The position numbers and the translations under genes were made by a program. Positions 1 through 11,809 of a DNA stretch of 64,000 nucleotides are shown here, in pieces. The stretch spans positions 704,273 to 768,272 of the forward strand of contig RDEW01000022.1 of the NCBI GenBank assembly GCA_011109175.1, read 5' to 3'. Each line of letters opens with the position of its first letter. Position 1 is the stretch's first letter. Source of the stretch: Dicyema japonicum. Lineage: Eukaryota > Animalia > Dicyemida. Below the pieces are notes generated by a model that was not told the DNA's origin, did no database searches, and worked only from the letters and a program-made list of their open reading frames with translations.

Positions 1-271
1 CTGAGAATGGGGACTGATTAGAGAGCTTTGACTCCTGAACCATCGCATTGAGGTCTGCAATCAAAACACGCAGCTCCATAATTTGCTATTGACCCCGTTG
101 AAATTAAGGTGGAAAATAATTAGGGTAGAACCAGGGTTTAGTTATACATCACCAGACGCCAAGACGATAAGAACGGATATAATGAAGCCAACCCGTAGAG
201 GTAATCGGCAAGGTCGGGGGTATAATGGTTCTTTTCCAAGTTGAAAACGTGAGCCACATGAACGCCACGCT
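1..271 (-). mobile_element. 5' end of an APE-type LINE (Ingi/Vingi-like), running off the window
   Basis: Minus strand begins AGCGTGGCGTTCATGTGG, then encodes ...LASGDV*LNPGSTLIIFHLNFNGVNSK...QESKLS (2A-like motif followed by the APE N-terminus). Confidence 0.75.
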
Positions 272-1055
272 AATTTATTACCCAGAAATCACGAGAAAGG
301 GATGAGTTATGTCTAATCCTGTATCCATACCAGTCCTTTTCCTGCGGTTAGTTTTGGAGTCCTGGATTAATCTCCACGACAGGGAAGGTTTCTTCTCGTA
401 TCTCAAGCAGGCGTCCATATGGTAAGGGGATTTTGCTGCGTTCCTTAAGGTATTCTATAATTGGAGGACGTGTTCTCCGTAGTGACGAAGTGGACGTCAT
501 TTTCGACGATCTCAATAGTATTCTGAGACATCGACTTTGTAAAACTTTCAGCTTGCTCTGTGCCGATAGTGATGTACAATCCATGAAGCACAGGCGTACT
601 CGATACTCATAAGAACAAATTGTTTGTATAGAAGCTCTAACGATAAGCGGGAAAATGTTGGGGAGTGCTTAAAAGCCTTGAGAATTCCAATTTTCTTTTG
701 GATCATTGCGGTTACCATTTTGATGAGTGAATAAGGAGAGGATCCTAGATGACTCCAAGGATTCAAAGGCTCTTCTTGATGGGGATCTGGGCATCAGATT
801 TAACATCTCTTGCATGACCTGTGTCGCCTCCTCGACTCTTCGTTGATTCATCCGCATACGATCAAAGAATTGAATTTTTGAAGGTTGGGGATGGAAGGTC
901 ACTGAGACCAGCACGGTTCTCTCGTGTGGATTTGGGGTATTCAGGCCGTCCGAGATGAATTGTACCAGTTTTGTTAAATGAATTGTTGGGTGTCCTTCGG
1001 TGAATCCGTGTACCAAATCCATCTTCCAATACTCCATTAAAGACTTCAGTTTCAG
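272..1055 (-). mobile_element. Internally deleted LINE fragment (RT domain 2-3 region plus post-RT region and 3' tail)
   Basis: ORFs 669..1094 (HGFTEGHPT..HLTKLVQFISDGLN..RTVLVSV) and 348..766 (LYKQFVLMSIEYACASW; LKVLQSRCLRILL); ends TTCTGGGTAATAAATT. Confidence 0.75.
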
Positions 1056-1159
1056 ATGAGTAGGTCCTTCCATGACCTTAGATGAAAATTCCATCTTTCG
1101 GATTCGAACCCACGACCTTCAGATCCGATGTAATCAGACGTTACGGTCAGCCAGAAGGC
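1056..1159 (-). mobile_element. tRNA-derived SINE head (family C), copy 1
   Basis: Minus strand GCCTTCTGGCTGACCG...TCGGATCTGAAGGTCGTGGGTTCGAATCC with B box; closely similar to the copy at 46640-46710. Confidence 0.75.
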
Positions 1160-1304
1160 GTAATTGATTCACGCGGCATTATACAAAAACATTAGACACC
1201 ACTGTAAAATTTATTTACTTTGATGAGACGAGGAATTATAATATAAAAAATAAATAATTAAAATAAATAAATGATTAAATTAAATAGATAATAAATATTG
1301 ATTT

Positions 1305-2638
1305 ATGGGTCGTTATTATACTCGTTCTAAAGCTCGTGAGGAAAGTGAGTATTATTCGTTAATGTTATAGGAGAGCGATCTTTTCAGGGTGATTCAATCC
1401 ACGATGACACTGAAAACTCTTTTTCTGAAGTCACTGGGAATGACTCGTTTTATGTTAATTCTCAGAGTTCAATCGTTACTGAAAACAATCAAGAGGATGA
1501 GTCCAACTCAATACTGAAAATCTCACAAAAGGAACCCACCAGACAAAGATTCAAATTAATTCAAAACAAGAAAGAAATGTCAAGTAACGCTTCCATTACT
1601 GATGGAGCCAAATCCAAAACTGTTCAAAACAAGAAAGAAATGTCAAGTAACGCTTCCATTACTGATGGAGCCAAATCCAAAAACTGTTCAAAACAAGATA
1701 AGCTCCAAATCTCAGGAAACAGAAGAAACCGAAACACCAGAGATGATTAGCCCATCTTACAAAACTGAAGCAACCAAAATAGCACAAAATAAGAGAAACT
1801 CTAAACCCCAGAAAACAAAAGGAACCGAAACATCGGAGATGGTTATCAGTCCTTCCGAAACTGAGACTTTCAAAACCAAAAAAAGAATTAAGAGTTTCCA
1901 TCCCAGCATATCTGAACGAACGGAAAAACCAAAAACCGTTACCAGTCCTGTCAAAAATGAGAGACGTAATATAATTTCGGCACGTGGCTTATGCAAACTG
2001 ATCATCTTTATTTTCGTTGGGTTTATTATACTCTCAGTTGTAAAAATAACAATTCATGATAACAAACAGTCAATCAAGGATTGTCACGACTTTGAGGATT
2101 TCATTGAAGGATTCAGAAAGCAGAACAACCTGACCAGTGATAGTCGACAGATTAGGATTGTAAAGTTATTCTTTCGTCATTTTATGGACATTAAACGACC
2201 GGATCCCGCCGTTCTTATGATTATTTACGACGATTTGTGTGGATATGACAGATCATTGAATTTTTCCCGAGGATTGGCCGATATTCTCTCTAAGGATCGC
2301 AGAATTTTTGACATGGCTTATTTGGAGGAATTTTCAGCTGTCGGACAGACCCGACTTCGCGGAAAGATTAATGATGAGGTTGGACAAGTCAACGTGTTTG
2401 CAAGCCTGAGTAGTTATCCTTCTACTGTTCTCGAACTGTTTTTCGCGTTTTGTGATCATGAGAACTATTTGTTTGAGAACTCTGCTTTTATTATTACAGT
2501 GAATGTCCCTGAAGAAAATGATATGGGCTCAAATGACATCCCTGAAAGTCTGTGGGATCTCCATGAGGATTCCCGTCTTGCATTAAACAGTCGAGTCGCC
2601 AGAATGTGATTGATTTCCGACCATTAGCTTGTCAATAA
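1305..2638 (+). CDS. TOR1AIP: LAP1/LULL1-like torsin-interacting inner nuclear membrane protein
   Basis: ATG 1305, 26-nt GT-AG intron 1345-1370, S/T/K/E-rich N-terminus, one TM segment (CKLIIFIFVGFIILSVV), luminal domain with FFAFCDHENYLF (LAP1C FCDHEN motif) and SRVARM. Needs a 1-nt fix near 1680 and probably near 2606. Confidence 0.75.
1560..1697 (+). repeat. 63-bp coding tandem repeat (2 copies plus a partial third) in the LAP1-like gene
   Basis: TTCAAAACAAGAAAGAAATGTCAAGTAACGCTTCCATTACTGATGGAGCCAAATCCAAAACTG starts at 1560 and 1623; partial third at 1687. The second unit has one extra A. Confidence 0.95.
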
Positions 2639-3449
2639 CTTAATAAATTTGTGCATATTTTATATTTTGGTTATTTATTATTACGGACTGGTTAACATTA
2701 TCTTCTGACTCATATTTAACTACATTTCGTATAAACAATATTTTACCGTATTTTTTCATTATTGGACAAGGGTGTGTGATCACACATTCCTATGAACCAT
2801 AAAAAACTACAAGAATTTTGATTAGTACTTCCAATGTGACCCTTATTTAGACGGAAAAATACAAGTGTATTGAGAGGACAGTCTTTTCAGGTGACTCCGA
2901 AGATGGGTCTGACTATTTTTCTTTGCCCCTGCACACCATGCATATTCCATGGGAGAAAGAAGAATTCACTCACATCATTAGTGGGAGAAAATATCCACTT
3001 ATTTTCCTGTGAGATCTTAATGGTTAACTCCAAAAAACACACCTACATATCCAAGAAATGTAAGAAGCAAATATTTATAGTCTCCAACACACAACGATTG
3101 AACCAATTTTGTATTCACGTAAAGAAATCTGATACTCTACGTTCAGGAAGATCATTCCCAAAACCTATAGGTATTTGGATGCCCCTTACAGATTATGGAA
3201 TCAACGACGCTCTCAAATAACAACATCTAAAATGAAATTCACATGTCTGGAGATGCTGTCGCAAATGCATTCCTGCCGAGGAATGTGCCCTGTCAGAAAA
3301 AATGGGTCCTTCTTGCAGCACATTGTTTTTTGAAAAGCTAAAGTTCAAAACAATTGACTTTTTTACAGTCAACTACCGAACATGTCATGAACGTGAAATT
3401 TTACGATTGACCTAACAACCCTACCCATTCTTACACAGATTTAGCTCAC

Positions 3450-4650
3450 CTTGCATAACTTTTTTCCTGGTCTCCAGTCAACGATTCTTCAACTCAATCA
3501 TCAAAGAGATAGGGAGTATCTAGAAGTTAACCAGTCATCTCAGAAAAACATTTACAAAATCATGTGCAAAAATAAATTCGAGAAACTACTGAAGATCTCA
3601 AATAAACGTTGGAGCAATTTTCTCGTCATTGGGAGATGTGAGTGGTACTTGAATCAATGTTTTCCCTATCGGAAAGGAAGACTCCAAAGATATAATAGAC
3701 GATATTGTAAAGCATGAGTTTGCTGGATATCTCTACTTACTGGAACCGATTGCATTCAAAAGGAGACAAAAAATGGTCACTCGAAGAGGGAAGCTATTTG
3801 TATGATACCACGCATATCGACACCCTTGCTCCTACAAATATCGTTGGGAGTTCGATAAAGACACTACAAACTGATAAAAGGAAGAAATACTAAGTACCGA
3901 GACTATTGAAATGAATAAGCGAAAAGTCTTTTCTCTCAAGATACTGTGATTTCTGGTTGCAGTAAGAAGCCTCTGTGAAACTTAATGGTTCCTCCATCTG
4001 ATATCTGTAACTATCTTGAGAGAATGCATCAATTGTGGGGATAGAATTATACTACAGTCTGACCTCGATTCGGAGAATACTTTACATTGGTTTTTGGAAC
4101 ACCCTCAGATTTTTGAATACATGGTAGACATAGATAAGGAAAAGATCATTTTAGATAAATACTGTCCGATCGGCATCTCCACCAGACTTGGACTGAAGAT
4201 TTTCCGGACTCACAAATGCGTCACCGTCGACTATTATGGACTCCATGCTCTCTCTTGTAGAAGAAGCGCATGACGATTACCAAGACACAGGGGGATCAAC
4301 TGAATTGTCAAGCGAGCCCTGGAGTCTGCTGGATACCCCGCCATACTATCACAACAGTCCGGAACAAGCATTGGAACTATATCTCGGATAAAAAAGATAT
4401 AATGCCACTTGTTATTTGTGGCAACATCTGTTCAAAGACTCATGAGAAGAATCAAGACACTTTTAAACTGTTGGATTCAAAGGTTCTCGATGTATTTAAG
4501 CACTTGAGACTGCAAATTGTCCCAATTAGTGGCCCACTCATTAAAAATAGATAATCTCCATATTGACCCTTAGGTTTAAACACTGCACATAGATTACGTT
4601 TTAATACTCTTAAAGCATCTAATCGGTGGTTACCATTTAAACGCAGGGCC
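3450..4650 (+). mobile_element. Degenerate CRE-clade (RLE-type) non-LTR retrotransposon, 3' part
   Basis: ORF 4016..4273 ends with the zinc finger ..C..VDYYGLHALSCRRSA, followed by RALESAGYPAI-like sequence in another frame; many stops. Confidence 0.6.
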
Positions 4651-5226
4651 ATATTAGCTATAACTTAGGCAGGCCACACACTTTATTTGAGTAAACAACA
4701 GTTATTATAACTAATTGGTTGAGGTGGTGACATCTTTATTGCACTATGTCTTATTCGTATTCTTTACCAACTTCTCCGTTCACTCTGGGAACTTTCAATT
4801 GCAGAGGACTCAAACAACCTCACAAGAAACACAATCTGGTATGCGATCTAGCCACAAGAAGAGGATAGAACTAAACACCAAGTTTTGAATATACAAAGCT
4901 TTTTTCATCTCGGTATTAACCTACAACTCTTGGTATGAGACTAACTTTGGCTGACAATCCTGGACTACCTACGAGAACTAGCGCGGAACAGAGGATCATG
5001 GTCGAGGTTGACGGAGAGGATGATTAGGAATACAGCACAAGGGAAACTTAATTAATTTATGTTTTCTCGTAAGTGCTTTTAATAATAATAATTGTAGTTA
5101 ATAGAGGTAGGACCAAAGATGCTCTTCACTTTTTATTACTCGTCAAGCCAAAGAACCTTCAACCGGAATGTACAGCAGTGAGATTCGAACTATGGGCCAT
5201 CAGGCGTCTTGCCCGTTAGCCACCGG
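4648..5226 (-). mobile_element. tRNA-derived SINE (family B), interrupted by an RTE derivative
   Basis: Head GGTGGCTAACGG...CCTGATGGCCCATAGTTCGAATC, then TGTACATTCCGGTTGAAGGTTC and GTGAAGAGCATCTTTGGTCCT...ATAATAACTGTTGTTTAC...ATAGCTAATATGGC, all shared with 32981-33250. Confidence 0.7.
4714..5092 (+). mobile_element. Tripartite internal-deletion derivative of the RTE element at 14127-16976
   Basis: Three blocks match 14127-14240 (ATTGGTTGAGGTGGTGAC...), ~16455-16525 (AGCCACAAG...AACCTACAACTCT) and 16820-16976 (TGGTATGAGACTAAC...AAGTGCTTT(TAA)n). Confidence 0.9.
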
Positions 5227-5254
5227 TGTACATTAATAACAATAAATGAATAAT

Positions 5255-6715
5255 CTAATCAAGAATAGAATATATATTAAAGTCAATAACACTACTAATA
5301 TGATTACCCAATATATTCACATCAACAAATGCCTCATCATTTTTGTAAATATCAAGCATCATTGAGTTAACCCCGTTCTACCATAATTATACACACCACC
5401 ACCTTCAATCTTTTGCAGAAACTGCTTAGCTTTGATTCACCACCAAATAGACCACAAGCCAATAAAGGAACGATCTTCTCCGCCAGCGAATAAAACAGTC
5501 TTCTGAACTCCACCACTCCCTAGCATAACCAGACACTCCAACCTCTTCTTCGTTTAAAAACCTTCGTTTTAGAGTAAGCAACGACACGGCTGCTGCTGAA
5601 ATAGCCTACACTAACAACAACAACAAACTGAGTCCCTTATGTAGCTCGGAAGAAATCGGTTTTCTATCACTTTCACCAGAATTGAGGGGGGACTCTCTGT
5701 TATTTCAATCAACTTCATAAAAACGTAGTCAAAAAGGAAGTCATACAGTCCAAATTCCACCAACTATGTCATAAAACCATCACAACCCCCATTATTTCCA
5801 ATTCTGTACGTAAATTGGTGGAACTGCAGGATCCGGCATATTCGACAAACTCATCATAGGCCTCCGTGGCAGACTCAACGGAAGTCTGAAATGAAAAACA
5901 CAAAAACCTTGTTGTAAATGGAGGAAGAAAATAACTTTGATAAAATGTCCTTCCCTGAATTCTTAAGTTTATTAACAAAGGTCCCCTCTTTGGTGAGACT
6001 CTGAAAATGACTGAATTGATACCTCAAATCCCCTCCTGACGCAGTACAGTTTGGCCAAATAAAGAATGTCATTTTCTAACCCCAATTTGTGGGTCCTACA
6101 CAATTATTAAAATGATAACCAAAAAGTCCGACAACGTACAGCAGAAGAGTTCTTTTTGCACATAATCAAGCACTTTGGAGTAGGTTGTCCTCATCCCCAA
6201 TATAATTAACCTCTGAGTGGTTGGAGTTCGTATAGTTGACATATATATCCTGGAATGAGAGGAATGAGGATATCTCCCTTTCGGCGTGCTCCTCTGGGGC
6301 AGTTTGAAGAGACCCCCAATCACTTTCATCAAGAATAACCAACTTTTTCAGTTCTACCAGATCCCTGGTTATCTAATATTATATGAGGTCTAACCTCTTC
6401 GACCTCCCCTTTAGAAAGTAATGTGAACAGATGGGACTTTTCTAGTTTACTGAATACACTGCAAATTATTTTATTAACTTAATTAAAATAATAACTACTC
6501 GTTATTTGAACCTTCTTGTAGTCGTCAGGGTTTTCCACTTCTGGTAATGTTGACTCAACTGGTGGGTCAATCTTGCTGTGACCGAATGGAGAGTCTATAG
6601 GGAAGTTGGAGTGAGATGAGTTCCCGGTCAGTCGCCAAATAATGACTGAAATAACTCCAGCAGAGAAAGCACAAAGACTGTATATGATACTCTTGAATTC
6701 CATTTGTTTAGTCAC
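5255..6715 (-). CDS. MIGA: Mitoguardin (MIGA/FAM73) homologue, multi-exon
   Basis: N-terminal TM segment (IIYSLCAFSAGVISVIIW); spliced exons give YLAKLYCVRRGFE, FDYVFMKLIEITESPPSILVKVIENRFL and FYSLAEKIVPLLACGLFG, matching MIGA motifs. Several 22-25 nt GT-AG introns; 5' exon joins uncertain. Confidence 0.8.
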
Positions 6716-6880
6716 ATTTATCGTTATTATTGAAATGATTGTTTCATTACAATTTAATTAATTTAAATTTAATTATTTTTTTTAAATTAAATAAATGTTT
6801 ATTTTTTCCGAAAGAAATCCACATCTCTAAATTGTGTTGAGTGTCGTGTGGGATTCTATAAACTGACATAAAATTATTCT

Positions 6881-8152
6881 AGCGTGCGTCATGTGGTTCG
6901 CCTTATCTGGTGGCGTCAGATACAAGTCAATAGTGTATCCTAAAAGAACCATTTGTCAACGACCATTCAGAGGAGTTCCCCTGGACGCACCTCCTACACA
7001 TCCGTGCACTTTTTCGGTGGAGACTCGTCATGTCAGTAGATGTTGAAATGAATCCGCGACCTATGGCGTTGAAGATACTTAGCTCAAACATTTACGGAGA
7101 CCAAAGCTTTTCTGGAATTGCCTTATACAAGAGACCAAGTTTTCTGGGAATTCCACTACTCCTAAATTTACCGGTTTCAATGTATTGAGAGTCGACCGAC
7201 AATCGGGCCGAGGTGGAGGACTATTGACCCTCGTCAGGAGAGGCATTATGTTCGATAAACACTTCCACATTCAGGAATCTGATAGAAGACGCAAACACAG
7301 AATTTGTTGGGATTTCGGTACAGACCTCTCTAGGAGCTATTATTATCGCCAACTTATATGTTCCTCCCCCAGGTTCCTGTACAAAAGGATTTTCTATGGA
7401 TTAGTCTGCCTTAGATATAATGGAAAACTTGTTAGTGTCCGGAGATTTTAATACCAAGGACCCTTCGTGGTATGAGAAACAACCTCCAGACACGAGGGGA
7501 TTTCATATAATTTCCCAATTAGAAAATCTGTCCATATGAACGACTCAACTAGGAATACACGAACCCCGTATGATAGCAAGGATTCGGTTACATCACTGGA
7601 TATTACGCTATGTTCACCACGGCTTGCTCCGCTTATATGCTGGTCTGTAAACTATGACTTACGAAGCGACCATAATTCCATTCTGATCAAGATCACTTGT
7701 ACACCAATGACGCGATCAATACACATCATTTTTATGACTATATTAATGCTGACTGGACAGGATTCAGAAGATACGTGGATTCGGCAACGAATTTGGACAA
7801 AATCTGCAACATTCAAATGAAGGCAGCAAATTTACTAAGGAAATCTTCCCGTGTGGAAATTCTGCCCAGAAACCTTGAAAATATGATAGAGGCGACTGGA
7901 ACAGTGCCCCTGCGAAGGACTCGAGTATGCGGACCCCGTCCATATCTGAATTCGCAGGAACGAGAAAAGATGCGAAGACTGTTGAGGGAGGCTGGGATCA
8001 CCTTAATTTTGTTTATTTTGGATATGACGGTGATTTTCTGGTTCAATAATAATGTGAAACGTCATTGAGTGTAGGAAAGCAGTGGGAACCAGAGAGGAAC
8101 ATCGCAGAAGCCTATCGCGCCTATTGTGAAATACCGGGATCACTTAATCAGC
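6881..8152 (+). mobile_element. Degenerate, internally deleted Ingi/Vingi-like LINE with both ends
   Basis: Starts AGCGTGCGTCATGTGG; encodes SVDVEMNPRP then APE motifs (RVDRQSGRGGGLLTLVR; GDFN; SLDITLCS; DLRSDHNSI); ends CCGGGATCACTTAAT. Confidence 0.8.
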
Positions 8153-8404
8153 TCGTTTAATTCCTTCTTTCTATGTGTTCCTTTTTTTAGAGGTTAGATG
8201 AAAATAATAAATGAATTTTTTACTGAGGTCCCTTGTGGCCTAGGGGAATCTTATAAAAATAAAGGATTTTTCATCAATTTGAAAACAATGCCCACATGGC
8301 CAAAATTTAACTAAAAATAGTATATGATCTTAAGTGAAAAAATGATTTTTTGCTCAAATCTACTTTGAAAATAAGTTCTTCGATATTTGATCAATCATTT
8401 AAAA

Positions 8405-10402
8405 TTCAGGTTTTAATTATAAGGGAAGACATCACTTATGAGGTGCCTAACCCAAGACACTATACTTATTCCCGACTGTCCGCCGTGTTGGACCTGTTTG
8501 TCCAAGTGGAATATCTGTTCGATTCGACCCTTGTGACCTTCCACGATACGGTCTGTTTTTGTATCAGATTCCTTCCTGTCTCTGGTCCTGTTATGAGGAA
8601 TCTGTTTGGACTCTCTAAACTCTGCCTTGAGTTTATTTAACTTTTTAGGACTAGTAATTCTCGTGGTTGATTCAAAATGTCCCAACAACTCACAGAACAT
8701 GGAACACGCTAATTTACAGTTTACGACAAAATTAGGAAGTCTGCTGGTCTCCTAAGTTAGTGATCCATAGCTTTAGCTTCCCTGGGATCTCCGATTGAAA
8801 TATTTTCTCGATAGAATTTTCCTCGAGACTGAGTCAAAAGCTTAATGTATGTCAATCGTGCAGAGCACGGTTTTAAAGTGTCTCGATTTGGTTGTGAATT
8901 CGACTCGAATGAAGTCAGTCAATGTTTGTATGTAGACGTGGATCTCTCATTTTTGAATCCATGTTTAAGAGGCCTCTCTGGTAAAAATTCTATTATTCTC
9001 CCGAGCACAAGCCTCTCCAGGATTTTTGACATGGAACATAGTAGTGACACCGGTTTAAAAGACGCTGGGTCATCTCTCGGTCTTCCTGGTTTTAGTATTG
9101 GCCGTCTTTTGCCTGTTTCCATAATAATGGTATCACATTCTGGTTAATCGAGTAGTTGAAACCAACGTTAGAAAAGTGACTCCCCCGTCTCCAAGATTTT
9201 TTAATAAAATAACAGGAATGTTGTCTGGTCCGTGAGAGTATGTCGTTTTTGCGGAATGTATTGTATCCCTCACCTCTCTTTCCAAAAGAAGAATGGTTCT
9301 GATAGTCTCTTTAGTCATCAGACTTCATGTGCTCCTTGTGTGAAATTTTAGTATAGAATTTTATCAAGTTGTTCACATCTTTTTGAGCATAATCCTCCTC
9401 TGTTGAAATTTCATTGCCTTTTGCCACATTTCGAATAGCTTTCCACACCTCCCCCGTAGTGCGATTTCTATTTACCATTGTAAGCACACGATTCCACTTC
9501 AACCTCTGGGCCTTGAGCTCTGGCCTTTATTTCATTATTCTGATCTGGAGTTTTATATCCAAGGTTAGATTTTTTAAGCTGATTTCTTTCTTTAATCAAG
9601 GACGTCTTCCCTTTCAGTTAGCACCTTTGTAATTGTAGCTGCTAGGAATTCCCCTCACGTTGGTCTCTCTTTTGATCTTCACAATTGGATTATGGTCGCT
9701 TCTTGTTTCGTAGAGGACTGACCAATCAATTTTTGATGAAAGTGACGATGAACAGAGTGTTACGTCCGGTGAGGTAGGTTTATCTGTCTCCCTCAGTGGT
9801 GTCCTTGTATTTCTCGATGGATCATTCAATATCGTTAGTGAGTCCGTTTGCGATAATAATAGCTTCCCTCTCATGTCAGCTAGTTGAGTTGACAGCCATA
9901 TTAGATGCTTCGCATTCAAATCCCCGAAGATGATCCAATTATTTCTGTTACATCATCATTCACAACAAGTTTCCTCACTTCCGAGGAAATGTCTCTGCAT
10001 TTCAAGTTCTTTTTGAATAGAGTGAGAAAACCTCCACCTCTTTTTTCTCTACGGTCCTTCCTGATAGCTTTGTATCCTAGGAATGTAGGGGTATGGTCAT
10101 TAAAAGAGAGTTTGGTCCCTTTAATCATCGCCACGTTAATCTTTTGACAAGCCAGGAGTGAGCGGAGTTCCCTGATTTTTCCGTTAATTCCATTTATGTT
10201 TAGCTGGAGAGCAGTAAAGTGCTTTTCTCTTCGATGGGCTGAGGATTTCCTCCGGGAAAGTTCGATCTTCCGCAAAATGCATCGCCCAGAGACGAGAATG
10301 TCCCAAGGAGGATGGGGTCTATCGGTCCTTTTTCGGTGGGCATTAGGTGCCCCTGGGCGTTTCCAAATCCTTTTGAATTGGTGGACCACATAACGCCACG
10401 CT
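8405..10402 (-). mobile_element. Degenerate Ingi/Vingi-like LINE (5' end, APE, start of RT, 3' remnant)
   Basis: 5' AGCGTGGCGTTATGTGG; ORFs 9916..10389 (LQLNINGING, RKDRREKRGGG), 9614..9919 (SPDVTLCS, ETRSDHNPI), 9133..9318 (GPDNIP) and 8919..9122 (FKPVSLLCSMSKILERL, HGFK). Confidence 0.85.
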
Positions 10403-10610
10403 AAATTATAAAAAAAGAATATTTTATAATAAAAAAAACACCATGAATGGATTTTAAAACTTAATAATTAAAGTCAACCACGTGCAATCGATAATATAGA
10501 TTTGTGTTTGTTAGTGGTCATTTCATAAGCGCTAAAGTCATTAGACCATTCATCTGATAATAAACGTGCTACACTAATATTACAAATTCACCATTAAAGA
10601 CACAAAACAT

Positions 10611-11366
10611 TTATTTTAAAAAATTATTTATAAAATTATTATGAGAACACTCAATAAAAGCAACAGTCTCCCCCAATAGTCGAACTTTCTCTCTCAATCT
10701 TGAACTCTCAAAATACATGACTCTCCCAAAGTCATCACTCCTAGTCTCCTCAATCCAATTCCTCAAACACATTGTCATCTCATACTTCCTCGCCTCACAC
10801 AACTCCTTCAGTATCTTCCCATACTTCTGTTCCATAGGGTCCACACACTCTTCCAACTGGTCCACCATAGTTCGTTCCACAGCCAACAACTCCACCAAGG
10901 ACTTCTCGAATGACACACCAGAAAGTATTGGGGATAATTTCATTGGTTCCAAGTCAGGGACATTATCCTGTTTCTGCGTTCTCAGTCTCTCAAGTTCTTC
11001 CACTGCGGATCCATGTGAATCCAACGCCCTCCTCAGCCGCTGAACTGAAGACTGAAGGTCCTCGAAAACTGGGTCATTGGGGCAAAGCCTCTTAGACTGA
11101 GCCTCTATAAATGAGTCCAATCGTCTTTTGAATCCTTCATTGTTGATAGTCTGTGAAGGAGAGAAATCGTCCCATTCCTTGGGTTTGTGCCATTGGGAGG
11201 AGACAGTGACGTAATTAAAGTAATAAAGATCCCCACGAGAACTGCGATGAAGAGACCAATCCCCAGAAACCTCGATGGCTGATTTTAGAATTTCGTTCTT
11301 TCTAACTGATTCGACGGATTTGCAAGGTTTTAACTGAATTTTTGGCTTTGAAGCTGATTTTTGCAT
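10611..11366 (-). CDS. WAC: WW-domain coiled-coil adaptor, WAC-like, apparently intronless
   Basis: 251-aa ORF; WW domain GDWSLHRSSRGDLYYFNYVTVSSQWHKPKEW resembles the WAC WW domain ([30 protein letters not shown]); coiled-coil-like C-terminus with LREKVRLL. Confidence 0.6.
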   Translation of the reverse strand: MQKSASKPKIQLKPCKSVESVRKNEILKSAIEVSGDWSLHRSSRGDLYYFNYVTVSSQWHKPKEWDDFSPSQTINNEGFKRRLDSFIEAQSKRLCPNDPVFEDLQSSVQRLRRALDSHGSAVEELERLRTQKQDNVPDLEPMKLSPILSGVSFEKSLVELLAVERTMVDQLEECVDPMEQKYGKILKELCEARKYEMTMCLRNWIEETRSDDFGRVMYFESSRLREKVRLLGETVAFIECSHNNFINNFLK

Positions 11367-11579
11367 TTTTATAATAAGCTAAAGGCACATCTAATAATAA
11401 TAATAACTTGAATGATTATATTATAATTTAAAATGAAAACCAACCCTCAACAACAAAGGAATACTCACTTTTTAAAATATTATTTAATTTAATTATAATT
11501 TTAATTAATAATATAATCAATTAATTCCTTAAACAATTCTATAGATTTTACTACAAATTTTAACAAATATAAGCTTACA

Positions 11580-11710
11580 GGAAGTGTCGGATGTCGAGAC
11601 GAACACCAAGCAAAGGTGTGATGGCTGCTTAAGGAGACTGGATCACCTGACGGTCATGTATTTCTTCCTGATTTGTCATTCTTGGTTTTAAATAAATAAA
11701 ATAAATAAGT
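11580..11710 (+). mobile_element. Short 3'-end fragment of a LINE family
   Basis: GCTGCTTAAG..GATCACCTGACGG..ATTCTTGGTTTTAAATAAA also ends the minus-strand LINE at 30115-30215. Confidence 0.6.
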
Positions 11711-11809
11711 CGTAATACATAAAATATTTTATTATTTTAAACTTTTTAGTCAATTTATTAATAAAAATATAATAAAAACAAATAGCATAACATTTGCCAC
11801 ACTATCGCT

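Noticed and set aside
1098-1159. tRNA genes at 1098-1159, 5180-5226, 32981-33040 and 46640-46710
   Set aside because: B boxes are present but acceptor and anticodon arms are broken and the sequences continue into shared SINE bodies; treated as SINE heads.
1659-2005. Antisense ORFs here and at 10717..11043, 47238..47504 and 51662..51964
   Set aside because: Shadows of real genes on the opposite strand, with no independent features.
2870-3400. ORF 2870..3220 and nearby sequence
   Set aside because: No recognisable motifs or splice structure; possibly a decayed element but unsupported.
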